From the NCBI GenBank assembly GCA_963793865.1, contig CAWCBP010000008.1:608001-672000 (forward strand): DNA of 64,000 nucleotides, in the 5' to 3' direction. This stretch comes from an uncultured delta proteobacterium (lineage in GTDB: Bacteria > Desulfobacterota > WTBG01). The notes beneath the pieces were generated by a model. It was given only the letters and a program-made list of their open reading frames with translations. It did no database searches and was not told where the DNA came from. The position numbers were made by a program, and so were the translations under genes. Below, piece by piece: positions 11,098 through 19,694 of this stretch; position 1 is the first letter of the stretch; each line of letters starts with the position of its first letter.

Positions 11098-11952
11098 ATG
11101 GATTGCATGAAGGGAAAAACCGTCCTGATTACCGGCGCCGATGGGGGTATCGGCAGGGAGATAACCAGGGCACTTGCCAAAAAAGGATCCTCTCTAGTAA
11201 TGGCCTGCATCGATGCAGATGCTGCGAGGCCGGTCTGCGAGGAGATAAAAGAAGAGAGCGGTAATGTCGCCATTGAGATAATGCAGATTGACCTTGCCTC
11301 ACTCGCTTCGGTCCGACAGTTCGCCGGAAGCTTCTCCGACCGGTATCAGCAGCTGCACGTGCTGATTAACAATGCCGGCGTCTTTTGCGCAAAAAGGCAG
11401 GAGACGGCGGATGGATTTGAGAAAACTCTGGGGATTAACTACCTGGGTCCTTTTCTGCTCACCAATTTGCTGCTGCCGGTGCTGAAGAAAACCCCGGAAG
11501 CACGCATTATCAATGTTTCATCCAATGCCTGCGCTCAGGGCAGGCTTGATCTTAATAATATTCATCTCAAAAAGGGCTATCAGGGATTTAAGGCCTACGC
11601 TAACTCCAAACTGGCCGTCGTGCTTTTTACCCTGGAGCTGGCGGAACGAATGAAGGGCAGCGGCATCACCGTGAACGCGGTGCATCCCGGCCATGTGGCC
11701 ACCAATATCTGGAACATGTGGCCGGGAAAGTGGTATCAGTCCCTTCTCTTCAAAATCATCCGGCGATTCGCGCGCACCCCGGAGGAGGCGGCACACAACA
11801 GCGTATTCCTGGCTTGTTCCGATGAGGTAAGCGGTATCACCGGAACCTACTTTGACGACCGGAAGCCCAAAGCGTTACCGACTGCATGCACGGATGTGAC
11901 CCTGCGCAAGAACCTGTGGGCACTGAGCGAAAAGCTGACCGGCCTCGCGTAG
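11098..11952 (+). CDS. Short-chain dehydrogenase/reductase (retinol-DH/WWOX-like)
   Basis: TGADGGIG, NNAG, NYLGPFLLT, YANSK, VHPGHVAT. Confidence 0.9.
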   Translation: MDCMKGKTVLITGADGGIGREITRALAKKGSSLVMACIDADAARPVCEEIKEESGNVAIEIMQIDLASLASVRQFAGSFSDRYQQLHVLINNAGVFCAKRQETADGFEKTLGINYLGPFLLTNLLLPVLKKTPEARIINVSSNACAQGRLDLNNIHLKKGYQGFKAYANSKLAVVLFTLELAERMKGSGITVNAVHPGHVATNIWNMWPGKWYQSLLFKIIRRFARTPEEAAHNSVFLACSDEVSGITGTYFDDRKPKALPTACTDVTLRKNLWALSEKLTGLA

Positions 11953-11999
11953 CGGTGTTTGATCGCATCTTTTGAGGTATCACTTGGTTTTTAGAAATT

Positions 12000-12078
12000 G
12001 TAGGGGCGTACGGGGCCTTACGCCCTATGAAATGACATGGTCACCGGTTTTAAAAGGGCGCGCCGCCGCGCGCCCCTA
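12000..12078. repeat. GTAGGGGCG REP-like hairpins (family also at 12786, 39779, 41859, 42346, 43218, 45963, 55037, 55113)
   Basis: GTAGGGGCG-palindrome-CGCCCCTAC. The GACCGGCCGGTC core occurs at 39779-39806, 41859-41886, 45963-45992 and 55113-55140. Confidence 0.85.
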
Positions 12079-12132
12079 AAGATTTTGCATAAACAGATGG
12101 CTTTTACGCAAGAAATTTAGTGGAGAATTGCA

Positions 12133-12459
12133 ATGATAAAAATACCCTGTCCTTATTTAAAGGGTGCAGTTGAACTCTCAGACGAGCGGGAGCAGCACAT
12201 TGCCCAACATCACCCTGACTTGCTTCCATTGAATAAAAGATGTATCATTGAAACACTTGCAGCACCTGACCAAATTCGTCATAGCACCCGACTAGGGAAT
12301 GCCAGACTTTTTTCGCGATGGTTGCATGAACTGCGGGGTGGAAAATATGTAGTAGTTGTGGTTGTAAGCGAACCATCAGAACCAAAACGTCACTGGATCA
12401 TAACCGCCTATATGGCCAGAAAACTGGCGGAAGGAGAAATAGAATGGAGAAAAAATTAA
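12133..12459 (+). CDS. Putative RelE/BECR-fold ribonuclease toxin
   Basis: 108 aa; V.L..ER..HI...HP, P..I..S, VVVVV, WIITAY pattern of PBECR/DUF4258-like nucleases; more AT-rich than neighbours. Confidence 0.65.
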   Translation: MIKIPCPYLKGAVELSDEREQHIAQHHPDLLPLNKRCIIETLAAPDQIRHSTRLGNARLFSRWLHELRGGKYVVVVVVSEPSEPKRHWIITAYMARKLAEGEIEWRKN

Positions 12460-12698
12460 GTTTCAAGTACGACCGGGAGGCTGACATCCTGTATATTAAT
12501 AAATGTGATCCGTATCCGGAACAGGAGAGTGAAGAACTTGATCAGGAAGTTATTGCCCGCCTCAATCCCTCGACGGGAGATATTGAGAATCTCGAAGTGC
12601 TCTTTTTCTCCACCCGTCTTTTACGAAGCGATTTGTTTGAACTTCCGGTGACAGCGGATATTCGTCTTGGCGTAAAATGCCATCGATTGATTAAATGA
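12444..12698 (+). CDS. DUF2283-like putative antitoxin
   Basis: YDREADILYI...E.....R......G.I...E signature; overlaps the upstream toxin. Confidence 0.75.
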   Translation: MEKKLSFKYDREADILYINKCDPYPEQESEELDQEVIARLNPSTGDIENLEVLFFSTRLLRSDLFELPVTADIRLGVKCHRLIK

Positions 12699-12827
12699 CC
12701 ATCAATCTAGGGGACGACTGTGATAGGTGATTTTAAAAAGAAGGTATAATGTAGATGCTAAAACCGATTGTATTACCCCCACATTGTAGGGGCGAACGGC
12801 GGTTCGCCCTTGCCATTGCGTCCGCCC

Positions 12828-13331
12828 TTACGTCAGCTTAAAATCTTTGTGCTTTTTGATGTGCTCGACGAGGCCGCCGTCGGCGAGGATATTGGCCATG
12901 ACCGCCGGCAGGGGGGGGAAGGTGTATACTTCACCCTTGGTACGATTGGTTATTGTTCCTTCCTGCAGGCTGATTTCCAGTTCGTCACCCTCCCGGATGG
13001 CGTCAGTGTCCAGGATGATGGCCGGAAGGCCCACGTTGATGCAGTTGCGGTAAAAGATGCGCGGGAAGCTTTTGGCCAGCACGGCGCTCACCCCGGAAAT
13101 TTTCATGATGGTGGGGGCGTGTTCACGGCTGGATCCCTGCCCGAAATTATTTCCTCCCACCACCACATCCCCCGGTCGCACCTGCGATGCGAATTCGGGA
13201 CGGGCGTCTTCAAGCACATGCTTGGCCAGCTCCGGCAGATTGCTGCGCAGGTGAAACAGCCTGCCGGGCGCGATGTGATCTGTGCTGATGCCGTCTCCGA
13301 ATTTGAAGGCCCTACCTCTTAATGTTTCCAT
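12828..13331 (-). CDS. leuD: 3-isopropylmalate dehydratase/homoaconitase small subunit (archaeal-type)
   Basis: FGDGISTDHI.PG, NFGQGSSREHA, SFPRIFYRNCIN.GLP, GGL. Confidence 0.88.
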   Translation of the reverse strand: METLRGRAFKFGDGISTDHIAPGRLFHLRSNLPELAKHVLEDARPEFASQVRPGDVVVGGNNFGQGSSREHAPTIMKISGVSAVLAKSFPRIFYRNCINVGLPAIILDTDAIREGDELEISLQEGTITNRTKGEVYTFPPLPAVMANILADGGLVEHIKKHKDFKLT

Positions 13332-13342
13332 GGCAGTTCTTC

Positions 13343-14599
13343 TCAGGACATATAGTTACGGGGATCGGTGATTTTCCCGGTCAGTGCGGTTGCCGCCGCG
13401 GTTGCCGGACTGGCCAGATAAATGAACGCGTTGGGGTTGCCCATTCTTCCCTTGAAATTGCGGTTCTGGGTGGAGAGGCAAACGTCCCCGTCGGCGAGCG
13501 CTCCACTGTGGACGCCGACACACGCCCCGCAGCCGGGTCCGGTGATTATGCCCCCTGCTTCGGCCAGCGTCTGAAAGGTTCCGTCCGCCAGTCCGTCCAG
13601 CAGCTCCCGCCGGGAGACCGGCGTGATGAGCAGCCGTGTGTTTCCGGCTACTTTCTTCCCTTTAAGAATGGCGGCCGCCTGCCTTAAGTCCTCGAGACGC
13701 CCGTTGGTGCAGGTGCCGATGAAAACCTGGTCCACCTTCATCCCTTCGACGGCAGCAACCGGTTTTACATTATCCACCACGTGGGGGCAGGCGATCATCG
13801 GTTCAAGTGTGCTCACATCGATGAGTATTTCGCGCTGGTAGGGGGCATCCGGATCGGCGGTAAGGGCAGTGAATTTTTCCGGACGTCCCAGATGCGCAAG
13901 GTATTCCCTGGTTACCTCATCAGCATTGAAAAGGCCGACCTTGGCGCCGCATTCCACGGCCATATTGGAAATGGTAAAGCGGCCGGCCATGGAAAGAGAA
14001 TCCATAGCCGGACCGGTGAACTCGAGGGCCTTGTAGGTGGCGCCATCCGCCTTCACCATCCCGATTAGATGAAGCATAAAATCCTTGGCGAACACACCCC
14101 GGGGAAATGCGCCCTGGGCAACAATCTTCCAGCTTTCGGGGATCCTCATCCAGGTGCGGCCCAGGCCCATGGCCACCGCCACATCGGTGGAGCCCATGCC
14201 GGTGGAAAATGCGCACAGCGCGCCGTTGGTACAGGTGTGAGAATCGGCGCCCACGATGACATCGCCGGGACCGGCGTAGCGCTCACTCACCACGTTGTGC
14301 GAAATACCGCATCCAACGTCGGAGAGGGCGGCGCCTGTTTTCCCGCAGAACTCGCGCAGAAACTTGTGATCGTTGGAGAGCTCCTGGCGCGGACTGGGTG
14401 ACGCATGGTCCAGGAAAACCATGGCGTGTTGGGGATGGGGCAGGGTGCTGAACCCCAGCTTTTCAAACTGGCGGACGGTGAGCGGGCCGGTTCCATCCTG
14501 GACGTAAGCAAGGTCCACCCTTACAATAACCAGTTCACCCGCGCGCACATCGTAGCCTGCATGGCTGCTCAAGATTTTCTCTGCCAGTGTCTTTCCCAT
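13343..14599 (-). CDS. leuC: 3-isopropylmalate dehydratase/homoaconitase large subunit (archaeal-type)
   Basis: MGKTLAEKIL, GADSHT, IGTCTNGR, PGCGAC.G, STQNRNF.GRMG; ~418 aa LeuC/HacA/DmdA size. Confidence 0.9.
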   Translation of the reverse strand: MGKTLAEKILSSHAGYDVRAGELVIVRVDLAYVQDGTGPLTVRQFEKLGFSTLPHPQHAMVFLDHASPSPRQELSNDHKFLREFCGKTGAALSDVGCGISHNVVSERYAGPGDVIVGADSHTCTNGALCAFSTGMGSTDVAVAMGLGRTWMRIPESWKIVAQGAFPRGVFAKDFMLHLIGMVKADGATYKALEFTGPAMDSLSMAGRFTISNMAVECGAKVGLFNADEVTREYLAHLGRPEKFTALTADPDAPYQREILIDVSTLEPMIACPHVVDNVKPVAAVEGMKVDQVFIGTCTNGRLEDLRQAAAILKGKKVAGNTRLLITPVSRRELLDGLADGTFQTLAEAGGIITGPGCGACVGVHSGALADGDVCLSTQNRNFKGRMGNPNAFIYLASPATAAATALTGKITDPRNYMS

Positions 14600-14854
14600 G
14601 GTACCTCTGAAGGTGTACAAAAAATGCCGATTGAATACCGGCCAAACATATTTGCGATTTCGGTAGGAGCGCCTTCAGGCGCGATTCATTCGCGGCTTAA
14701 GCCGCTCCTGCCAAAAAACGCTTCTCTCTATCTCCAACAAATGCAATCGCAATGTAGCCGCAAGCTTTAGCTTGCGCAATTCTTCCTGCGCACCTCGGTT
14801 AATCTAGCCGCCTTTGCCTCTTTCGTCAAGGGGAAGTGCAAGCAGATAATAATC

Positions 14855-15028
14855 GGACGCAACGGAGTGCGTCCCTCCACAGTATTGTTTGGATCCTGCG
14901 ATCAAGTCGCAGGATGACTGCTGTAAACATCAGGTGATATTTTTTTCACATCATTACCCGACTTGATCGGATAACCCAAATAGTCGTGTTGCTTGGGGAT
15001 GGAGGGCCACGCTCCGTCGTGGCCGCAG
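14855..15028. repeat. Nested inverted palindromic repeats
   Basis: Outer pair GGACGCAACGGAGTGCGTCCCTCCA (14855-14879) / TGGAGGGCCACGCTCCGTCGTGGCC (15000-); inner pair TGGATCCTGCGATCAAGTCGCAGGATGAC (14890-14918) / TCATTACCCGACTTGATCGGATAACCCA (14951-14978). Outer unit recurs at 36949-36977. Confidence 0.75.
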
Positions 15029-15050
15029 ATTCGAGCGGAATTCTTGATCG

Positions 15051-15839
15051 CTAAAACTTCACTCCCACATGAATTGCGGCGATGCCCTTTGACAGCAAGC
15101 GGTACCTGACAGTGGAAAAACCGGCGTTTTCCAGGATTTTGCTCAGCCCCTCCGGTGACGGGAAGAGGCGGATTGATTCAGGTAAATAATGGTATGCCTG
15201 GCTGGACCCGGTAAAAAGCCTGCCGATCCTGGGCATGACCTGGAAGGAGTAAAAATCATAGAGCCTGCGGAAAACACCGGGAGCGGGCTGGGAGAACTCG
15301 AGACAAAGAAATCTCCCCCGGGGTTTGAGTACCCGGTGCATCTCGGCAAGCCCCTTCTCCATGCGCGTCACGTTCCTGATGCCGAAGCCCACCATGGCGG
15401 CGTCGAAATGATTATCCGGCAGGGAAATTTGTTCGGCATCCCCCTGGACAAAACGGATTCGGCCGTCAAGGGCCGCTTTGCGGGCCTTCCGCCTGCCCAG
15501 CTCCATCATGGCCTGGTTAATGTCGTAGACGGTTACCGAACCCGAGGGGCCGACTGCCCTGGCGGCCATAATGGCAAGATCGGCGGTGCCTCCGCACACA
15601 TCAAGAACCCGCTCTCCGGGCTTCAGCTCCAGCATGTTGACAGCGGTTTTTTTCCAGCGAAGATGCAGTCCGAAGCTTAAGACCGTATTGATGAGGTCAT
15701 AACGGGCGGCAATGGAGTCGAAATGGTTCGTCACCAGTTTCACCTTCTCGTCCGCCCTGACCGTGCGGTAGCCGAAGTGAACCGTTTCTTCCTGATGTTT
15801 GTGGTTGTTGGATGCAGCGCTGTCTTGATTAATATCCAT
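15051..15839 (-). CDS. ubiE: Demethylmenaquinone methyltransferase UbiE/MenG
   Basis: HFGY.., F..IA.RYDL.N..LS.G.H..WK, LDVCGGTAD, FGIRNVT, LEFS, Y.YLPESI..FP. Confidence 0.93.
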   Translation of the reverse strand: MDINQDSAASNNHKHQEETVHFGYRTVRADEKVKLVTNHFDSIAARYDLINTVLSFGLHLRWKKTAVNMLELKPGERVLDVCGGTADLAIMAARAVGPSGSVTVYDINQAMMELGRRKARKAALDGRIRFVQGDAEQISLPDNHFDAAMVGFGIRNVTRMEKGLAEMHRVLKPRGRFLCLEFSQPAPGVFRRLYDFYSFQVMPRIGRLFTGSSQAYHYLPESIRLFPSPEGLSKILENAGFSTVRYRLLSKGIAAIHVGVKF

Positions 15840-15973
15840 CTATTGCCTAACCTGCGCGGGTTTATTCAAGGCTATTCGGAGACCTCTACCATAGCAGAAA
15901 AAGATCCTATTGTAAACGTCACCATCCTTCTGCTCCGGGATTATAAACAGATGGTTGTCCGCCGGCCTTTTCC

Positions 15974-16002
15974 TTGACACCCTAAAACTCATCTTTTATA
16001 CT
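15974..16002 (+). promoter_or_regulatory. sigma70-like promoter for PAP2 gene
   Basis: TTGACA-17 bp-TATACT. Confidence 0.65.
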
Positions 16003-16045
16003 CAACCGGTAAAACTCTCTTTTTATGAGCTGGTAAGGAATTCTG

Positions 16046-16921
16046 ATGGAACCTCTGTTGCACTGGGGTCTTGAGGTAATACGTACCGTCCAGCAGGTGC
16101 AAAGCCCGCTGCTTAACAGCTTTTTTTTCGCCGTTTCCGGCCTGGGGAGCAGCTTCTTTCTTCTTCTGGTCCTCCCCGCTCTTTTCTGGTGTGTTGACTA
16201 CCGTCTGGGGCTGCGCGTGGCGGTCTTGTGCACCCTGTCCGCCTTCTGCAACTCCTCACTCAAGGCGCTTTTTGCCCAGCCCCGCCCGTTTGATCTTGTC
16301 CCGGAGCTCGGTATCGGGAGGGCCGGCGGATACGGTTTGCCGAGCGGCCATGCCCAGGAATCGGTGGTGCTGTGGGGGAGCATTGCCCACTTTACCGGCA
16401 ATAAATGGTTCCGGGCTTTGACGGTAATCCTCCTGCTGCTGATTGGATTCTCGCGCGTCTATCTGGGTGTTCACTTCCCGACTGATGTCATTGCCGGATG
16501 GACGGTGGGCATTGCTCTACTCTGGTTTTATATTGTTTTCCAGCCCGCGGTTGAAAAATGGATAATAAGCCGCAGTCTTACCTTCCGGCTGCTGCTTGCG
16601 CTGGCGGTTCCGCCGGGCCTGCTGCTCATGCACAGCGGCGTGGTTGTGGCGTTTCAGTCGGGGATGCTGCTGGGAATCGCGGCCGGCGCGATAGTGAGAA
16701 CCCGCTTTATGTCGTTTTCTCCCCGGTGCACGAAAGGGGCGGCTGTCGCGCGCTATGCGGTCGGCATCATCGTCCTGATTGGTTCGCTGAGCCTGCTGAG
16801 GGGAATGCTTCCCTATCAGGCAACCGCCGGTTACCTGGTCAGGGGATTTTTCCACTCCGCATGCAATGGAATATGGATAAGCCTGGGGGCCCCCGCTCTT
16901 TTTCGCCTGCTGAAAATATAG
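16046..16921 (+). CDS. PAP2-family membrane phosphatase
   Basis: K.....PRP, PSGH, SRVYLGVHFPTDV motifs; multiple TMs. Confidence 0.92.
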   Translation: MEPLLHWGLEVIRTVQQVQSPLLNSFFFAVSGLGSSFFLLLVLPALFWCVDYRLGLRVAVLCTLSAFCNSSLKALFAQPRPFDLVPELGIGRAGGYGLPSGHAQESVVLWGSIAHFTGNKWFRALTVILLLLIGFSRVYLGVHFPTDVIAGWTVGIALLWFYIVFQPAVEKWIISRSLTFRLLLALAVPPGLLLMHSGVVVAFQSGMLLGIAAGAIVRTRFMSFSPRCTKGAAVARYAVGIIVLIGSLSLLRGMLPYQATAGYLVRGFFHSACNGIWISLGAPALFRLLKI

Positions 16922-16932
16922 CGGTGTTGTGC

Positions 16933-16961
16933 TTGACACCCGCGGCACTTTCTTCTATAGT
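16933..16961 (+). promoter_or_regulatory. sigma70-like promoter upstream of flavoprotein 2
   Basis: TTGACA-17 bp-TATAGT. Confidence 0.65.
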
Positions 16962-17087
16962 TGCCGGGCACCAAAATAATGGAGGGCCATGCGCTGTCAT
17001 GGCCTCGCACACTGTTTTGATGCGACGGAGCGCGTTCCTCGAGAAAAAAAGCTCGTGAGGGGATATGTGAAAGAAGGAGGTTAGGTA

Positions 17088-18419
17088 ATGGCAAAGAAAT
17101 ATGATGTGGTAGTTGTAGGCGGCGGCACCTCGGGGCTGGAGGCCGCAAAGACAGCTGCTCAGAACGGGCTGAAAGTCGCCCTGGTGGAAATGAAAAGCGA
17201 CCCGGCAAAAGTGCAGCGGGCCTGCGCCCAGATGTTCCTGGTGAACATGGACCATTTTTATAACGAGCGCATGTTCTTCTCGCGCGAACAGAAAAAATGG
17301 ATTTTCCCGGTGAACAATTTTTCGGTAAACTACCGGGGCGCCTATCGTGAGTTTTATGCCGTTCACTTTATCGCGCCCAACACCGAGGACCGCATCGAGA
17401 TCGGTGACTACGAGGCAAATCAGTCAGGCAGGGGCATGCCCGCGGTGGTGTTCGACAAGAAAGTCCTCCTGGAAGGGCTCCGCGATGAAGGACAACAGGC
17501 GGGGGTTGAATTTTTCCTGGAGCGGACGGTTATTGATGCACGCACCGGGAGCGACGGTGTCGAGGTGAGAACAAAGAGCGGTGACCGGCTCAGGGGGACC
17601 TTCTGCGTGGCCGCCGACGGCATCAGTTCCCTGCTTGCCCGGAAACTCGGCCTCAACCGGGATCGGGTCTTTATCACCACCTCCTCTTCGGTAAGCTACT
17701 ATGTGACCGGGGTGAAGTTTGACCGTTCTGAAATGATTTGCATGGGCAATGCCTATGACCGGGGAGGGCTGGGCACCGTCCACTTCTGCATGCTGCCCAG
17801 CGTGTACCGTGAGGATGAGTACTGGCTTTACACCAAAGGACAGGAGCAGTTTGAATACTTCACCACCAGGAGTCCCTTCAGCAAGTGGTTCCATAAAACC
17901 GAGGTGACCCACAAGCGGTGCGCGGTCATCAGCATGTGGAGCCCCGCCCGGGAACCGTTCAAGGACAATGTGGTGTTTGTGGGCGATACCGTCTGGTTTG
18001 CCGAGGCGGAGAACACCGGTGCGCTGCTTTCCGGCCACAAGGCGGCAAACGCCATATGCACGGCGCTGCACACGGGCAAGCCGAACCGCGAGGGGGTTAT
18101 GGACTACATCTCCTGGTGGAAGAAAAATTGGCCCGAGACCCATGACTACCGAGATTTTGTCTGTTATCCGGTTTTTTTCAACCTTTTTACTGAGGACGAG
18201 CTTAACTATCTCCACCGGATTATCGACAAGAAACTTCCCTGGAGCCTGAATCCGTTCAAGCTGTATGGGACCATCGTGCAGGCCATTGCGCCGCACATGA
18301 AACGCATCGAGAGCGAAAAACCGCTCATGGCGAAAAAGATTGCCCGTTTGAAGCCGCAGTCGGCGGTTTCGCTCATGAAGCCGGCAACACGGGCGGGGTA
18401 TCCGCTAGCAGACAGGTGA
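17088..18419 (+). CDS. FAD-dependent oxidoreductase, GGR/FixC-like subfamily (paralogue 2)
   Basis: GGGTSG, VAADG, PFKDNVVFVGDTVWFAE; AAGGAGG RBS. Confidence 0.9.
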   Translation: MAKKYDVVVVGGGTSGLEAAKTAAQNGLKVALVEMKSDPAKVQRACAQMFLVNMDHFYNERMFFSREQKKWIFPVNNFSVNYRGAYREFYAVHFIAPNTEDRIEIGDYEANQSGRGMPAVVFDKKVLLEGLRDEGQQAGVEFFLERTVIDARTGSDGVEVRTKSGDRLRGTFCVAADGISSLLARKLGLNRDRVFITTSSSVSYYVTGVKFDRSEMICMGNAYDRGGLGTVHFCMLPSVYREDEYWLYTKGQEQFEYFTTRSPFSKWFHKTEVTHKRCAVISMWSPAREPFKDNVVFVGDTVWFAEAENTGALLSGHKAANAICTALHTGKPNREGVMDYISWWKKNWPETHDYRDFVCYPVFFNLFTEDELNYLHRIIDKKLPWSLNPFKLYGTIVQAIAPHMKRIESEKPLMAKKIARLKPQSAVSLMKPATRAGYPLADR

Positions 18420-18710
18420 GGGGACAGGGTTGAGGGAAGAGGGAAGAGGGAAGAGGAAGATAAACTTACGGAGTAATGGAGTACTGGAGTTTTGGAGTGT
18501 TGGGGCTGCAGTTTCGTTGATTTCGGAATGCGGATTGCGGATGGGAAAAGAGAAGAGGCAAAGTAAATGGCAAATCCGAAATCCGAAGCTCGAAATTCGA
18601 AATTTGGGATTTGGAGTTTAGTGCTTGGGATTTGCTTGCCGCTGAACCCTGACCCCTGACGCCTGAACCCTGTAGCCTGCAAACTGTCAACTGAAAACTG
18701 ACAACTGCAA
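18420..18710. repeat. Patchwork of 7-8-nt short tandem repeats
   Basis: Successive GAGGGAA, GGAGTAAT/GGAGTACT, TGCGGAT, AAATCCG/AAATTCG, TTGGGAT, CTGAACC/CTGACCC and AACTGAC runs. Confidence 0.8.
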
Positions 18711-18722
18711 TTGGAGGTTTAC

Positions 18723-19658
18723 ATGCCCTCATTTACCTGGCAGGATGGAATAAAAGAAAAGATAGACGCGCTGTGCGCCATTTTTCCGCCGGTTATCAGA
18801 AATCGCTGGAGGGACAGGCTTATTTATAACGCCGAAAAAATTGCCGCCTATCAGGGGGTGAACGGGGTGACGGAGGAGATCATGTGGCATTCTGTCGCCG
18901 AGATATTCCCCGGCGGGTTTGATCCGCTGGTATTGAAAATCAAGGACCCGGAAAAACTCAAGGCCGACATGCTTTCGTCACGAAACCAGGAGGAGATGGC
19001 CCCGGGCACTGAACCGGTAACCATTACCCGATGGGCCCAGGACACAGACGGTGTTGCCGCTGTGCCGCAGGGCAGGAAAATCCTCGCCGTGTGTGCCAGC
19101 GCGCGCAAGGGCGGCAACACGGATGTGATTATCGATGAGCTGTTGCGCGCCGCTAAAGATAATGGATCGGAAACTGAAAAAATCTATCTTTCAGATTTGA
19201 ACATGAAACAGTGCACCGGATGCAGGCTTTGCCGGAAGCAGGATGTCAAGACCATCTGCGCGGTTAAGGATGACATGCAGCCTTTTTATGAAAAGCTGTA
19301 CGCGGCTGATGGGTTTATCGCGGGGTTCCCCATCTACACCGCCCGGGAAAACGGCTACATGGCCACCTTCATGGACCGCTGGGACTGCTTTGCCAATCCC
19401 TACCTCACTCACAAAATGCCGCCCGGTAAGAAGGGACTCATTGTCTGCAGCTGGATGTGGCCCAACCCCCATGCCTATGATGACATTGTCGAAAAAATGG
19501 TCATCCTCATGCGACTGCACCAGGTGATGACCACCGATGTGCTCGTAATCACCGGGACGCGCGGCAAAAAGCACGGAAAGGGCGTGGTTAAAAACCACCC
19601 GGATATCCTGGACACGGCGTACCGGGCAGGAATTCAGTTCTTGAAAGGTTTACAGTAG
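18723..19658 (+). CDS. Iron-sulfur flavoprotein (Isf/flavodoxin-fold) with extra N-terminal domain
   Basis: S.RKGGNT, CTGCRLC-x8-C..KDDM, PIY, FMDR; ~110-aa N-terminal extension. Confidence 0.85.
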   Translation: MPSFTWQDGIKEKIDALCAIFPPVIRNRWRDRLIYNAEKIAAYQGVNGVTEEIMWHSVAEIFPGGFDPLVLKIKDPEKLKADMLSSRNQEEMAPGTEPVTITRWAQDTDGVAAVPQGRKILAVCASARKGGNTDVIIDELLRAAKDNGSETEKIYLSDLNMKQCTGCRLCRKQDVKTICAVKDDMQPFYEKLYAADGFIAGFPIYTARENGYMATFMDRWDCFANPYLTHKMPPGKKGLIVCSWMWPNPHAYDDIVEKMVILMRLHQVMTTDVLVITGTRGKKHGKGVVKNHPDILDTAYRAGIQFLKGLQ

Positions 19659-19694
19659 AACACTCTCACGCTGCATCAAGGTACTAAAGGGAGA

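Noticed and set aside
18420..18710. CRISPR array (also considered for 42080-42198 and the REP series)
   Set aside because: No constant 23-47-bp repeat with unique, regularly sized spacers; no cas genes.
18206..18732. ORFs of 63-158 aa across the heptamer region
   Set aside because: Low-complexity translations of tandem repeats; no RBS or family signal.
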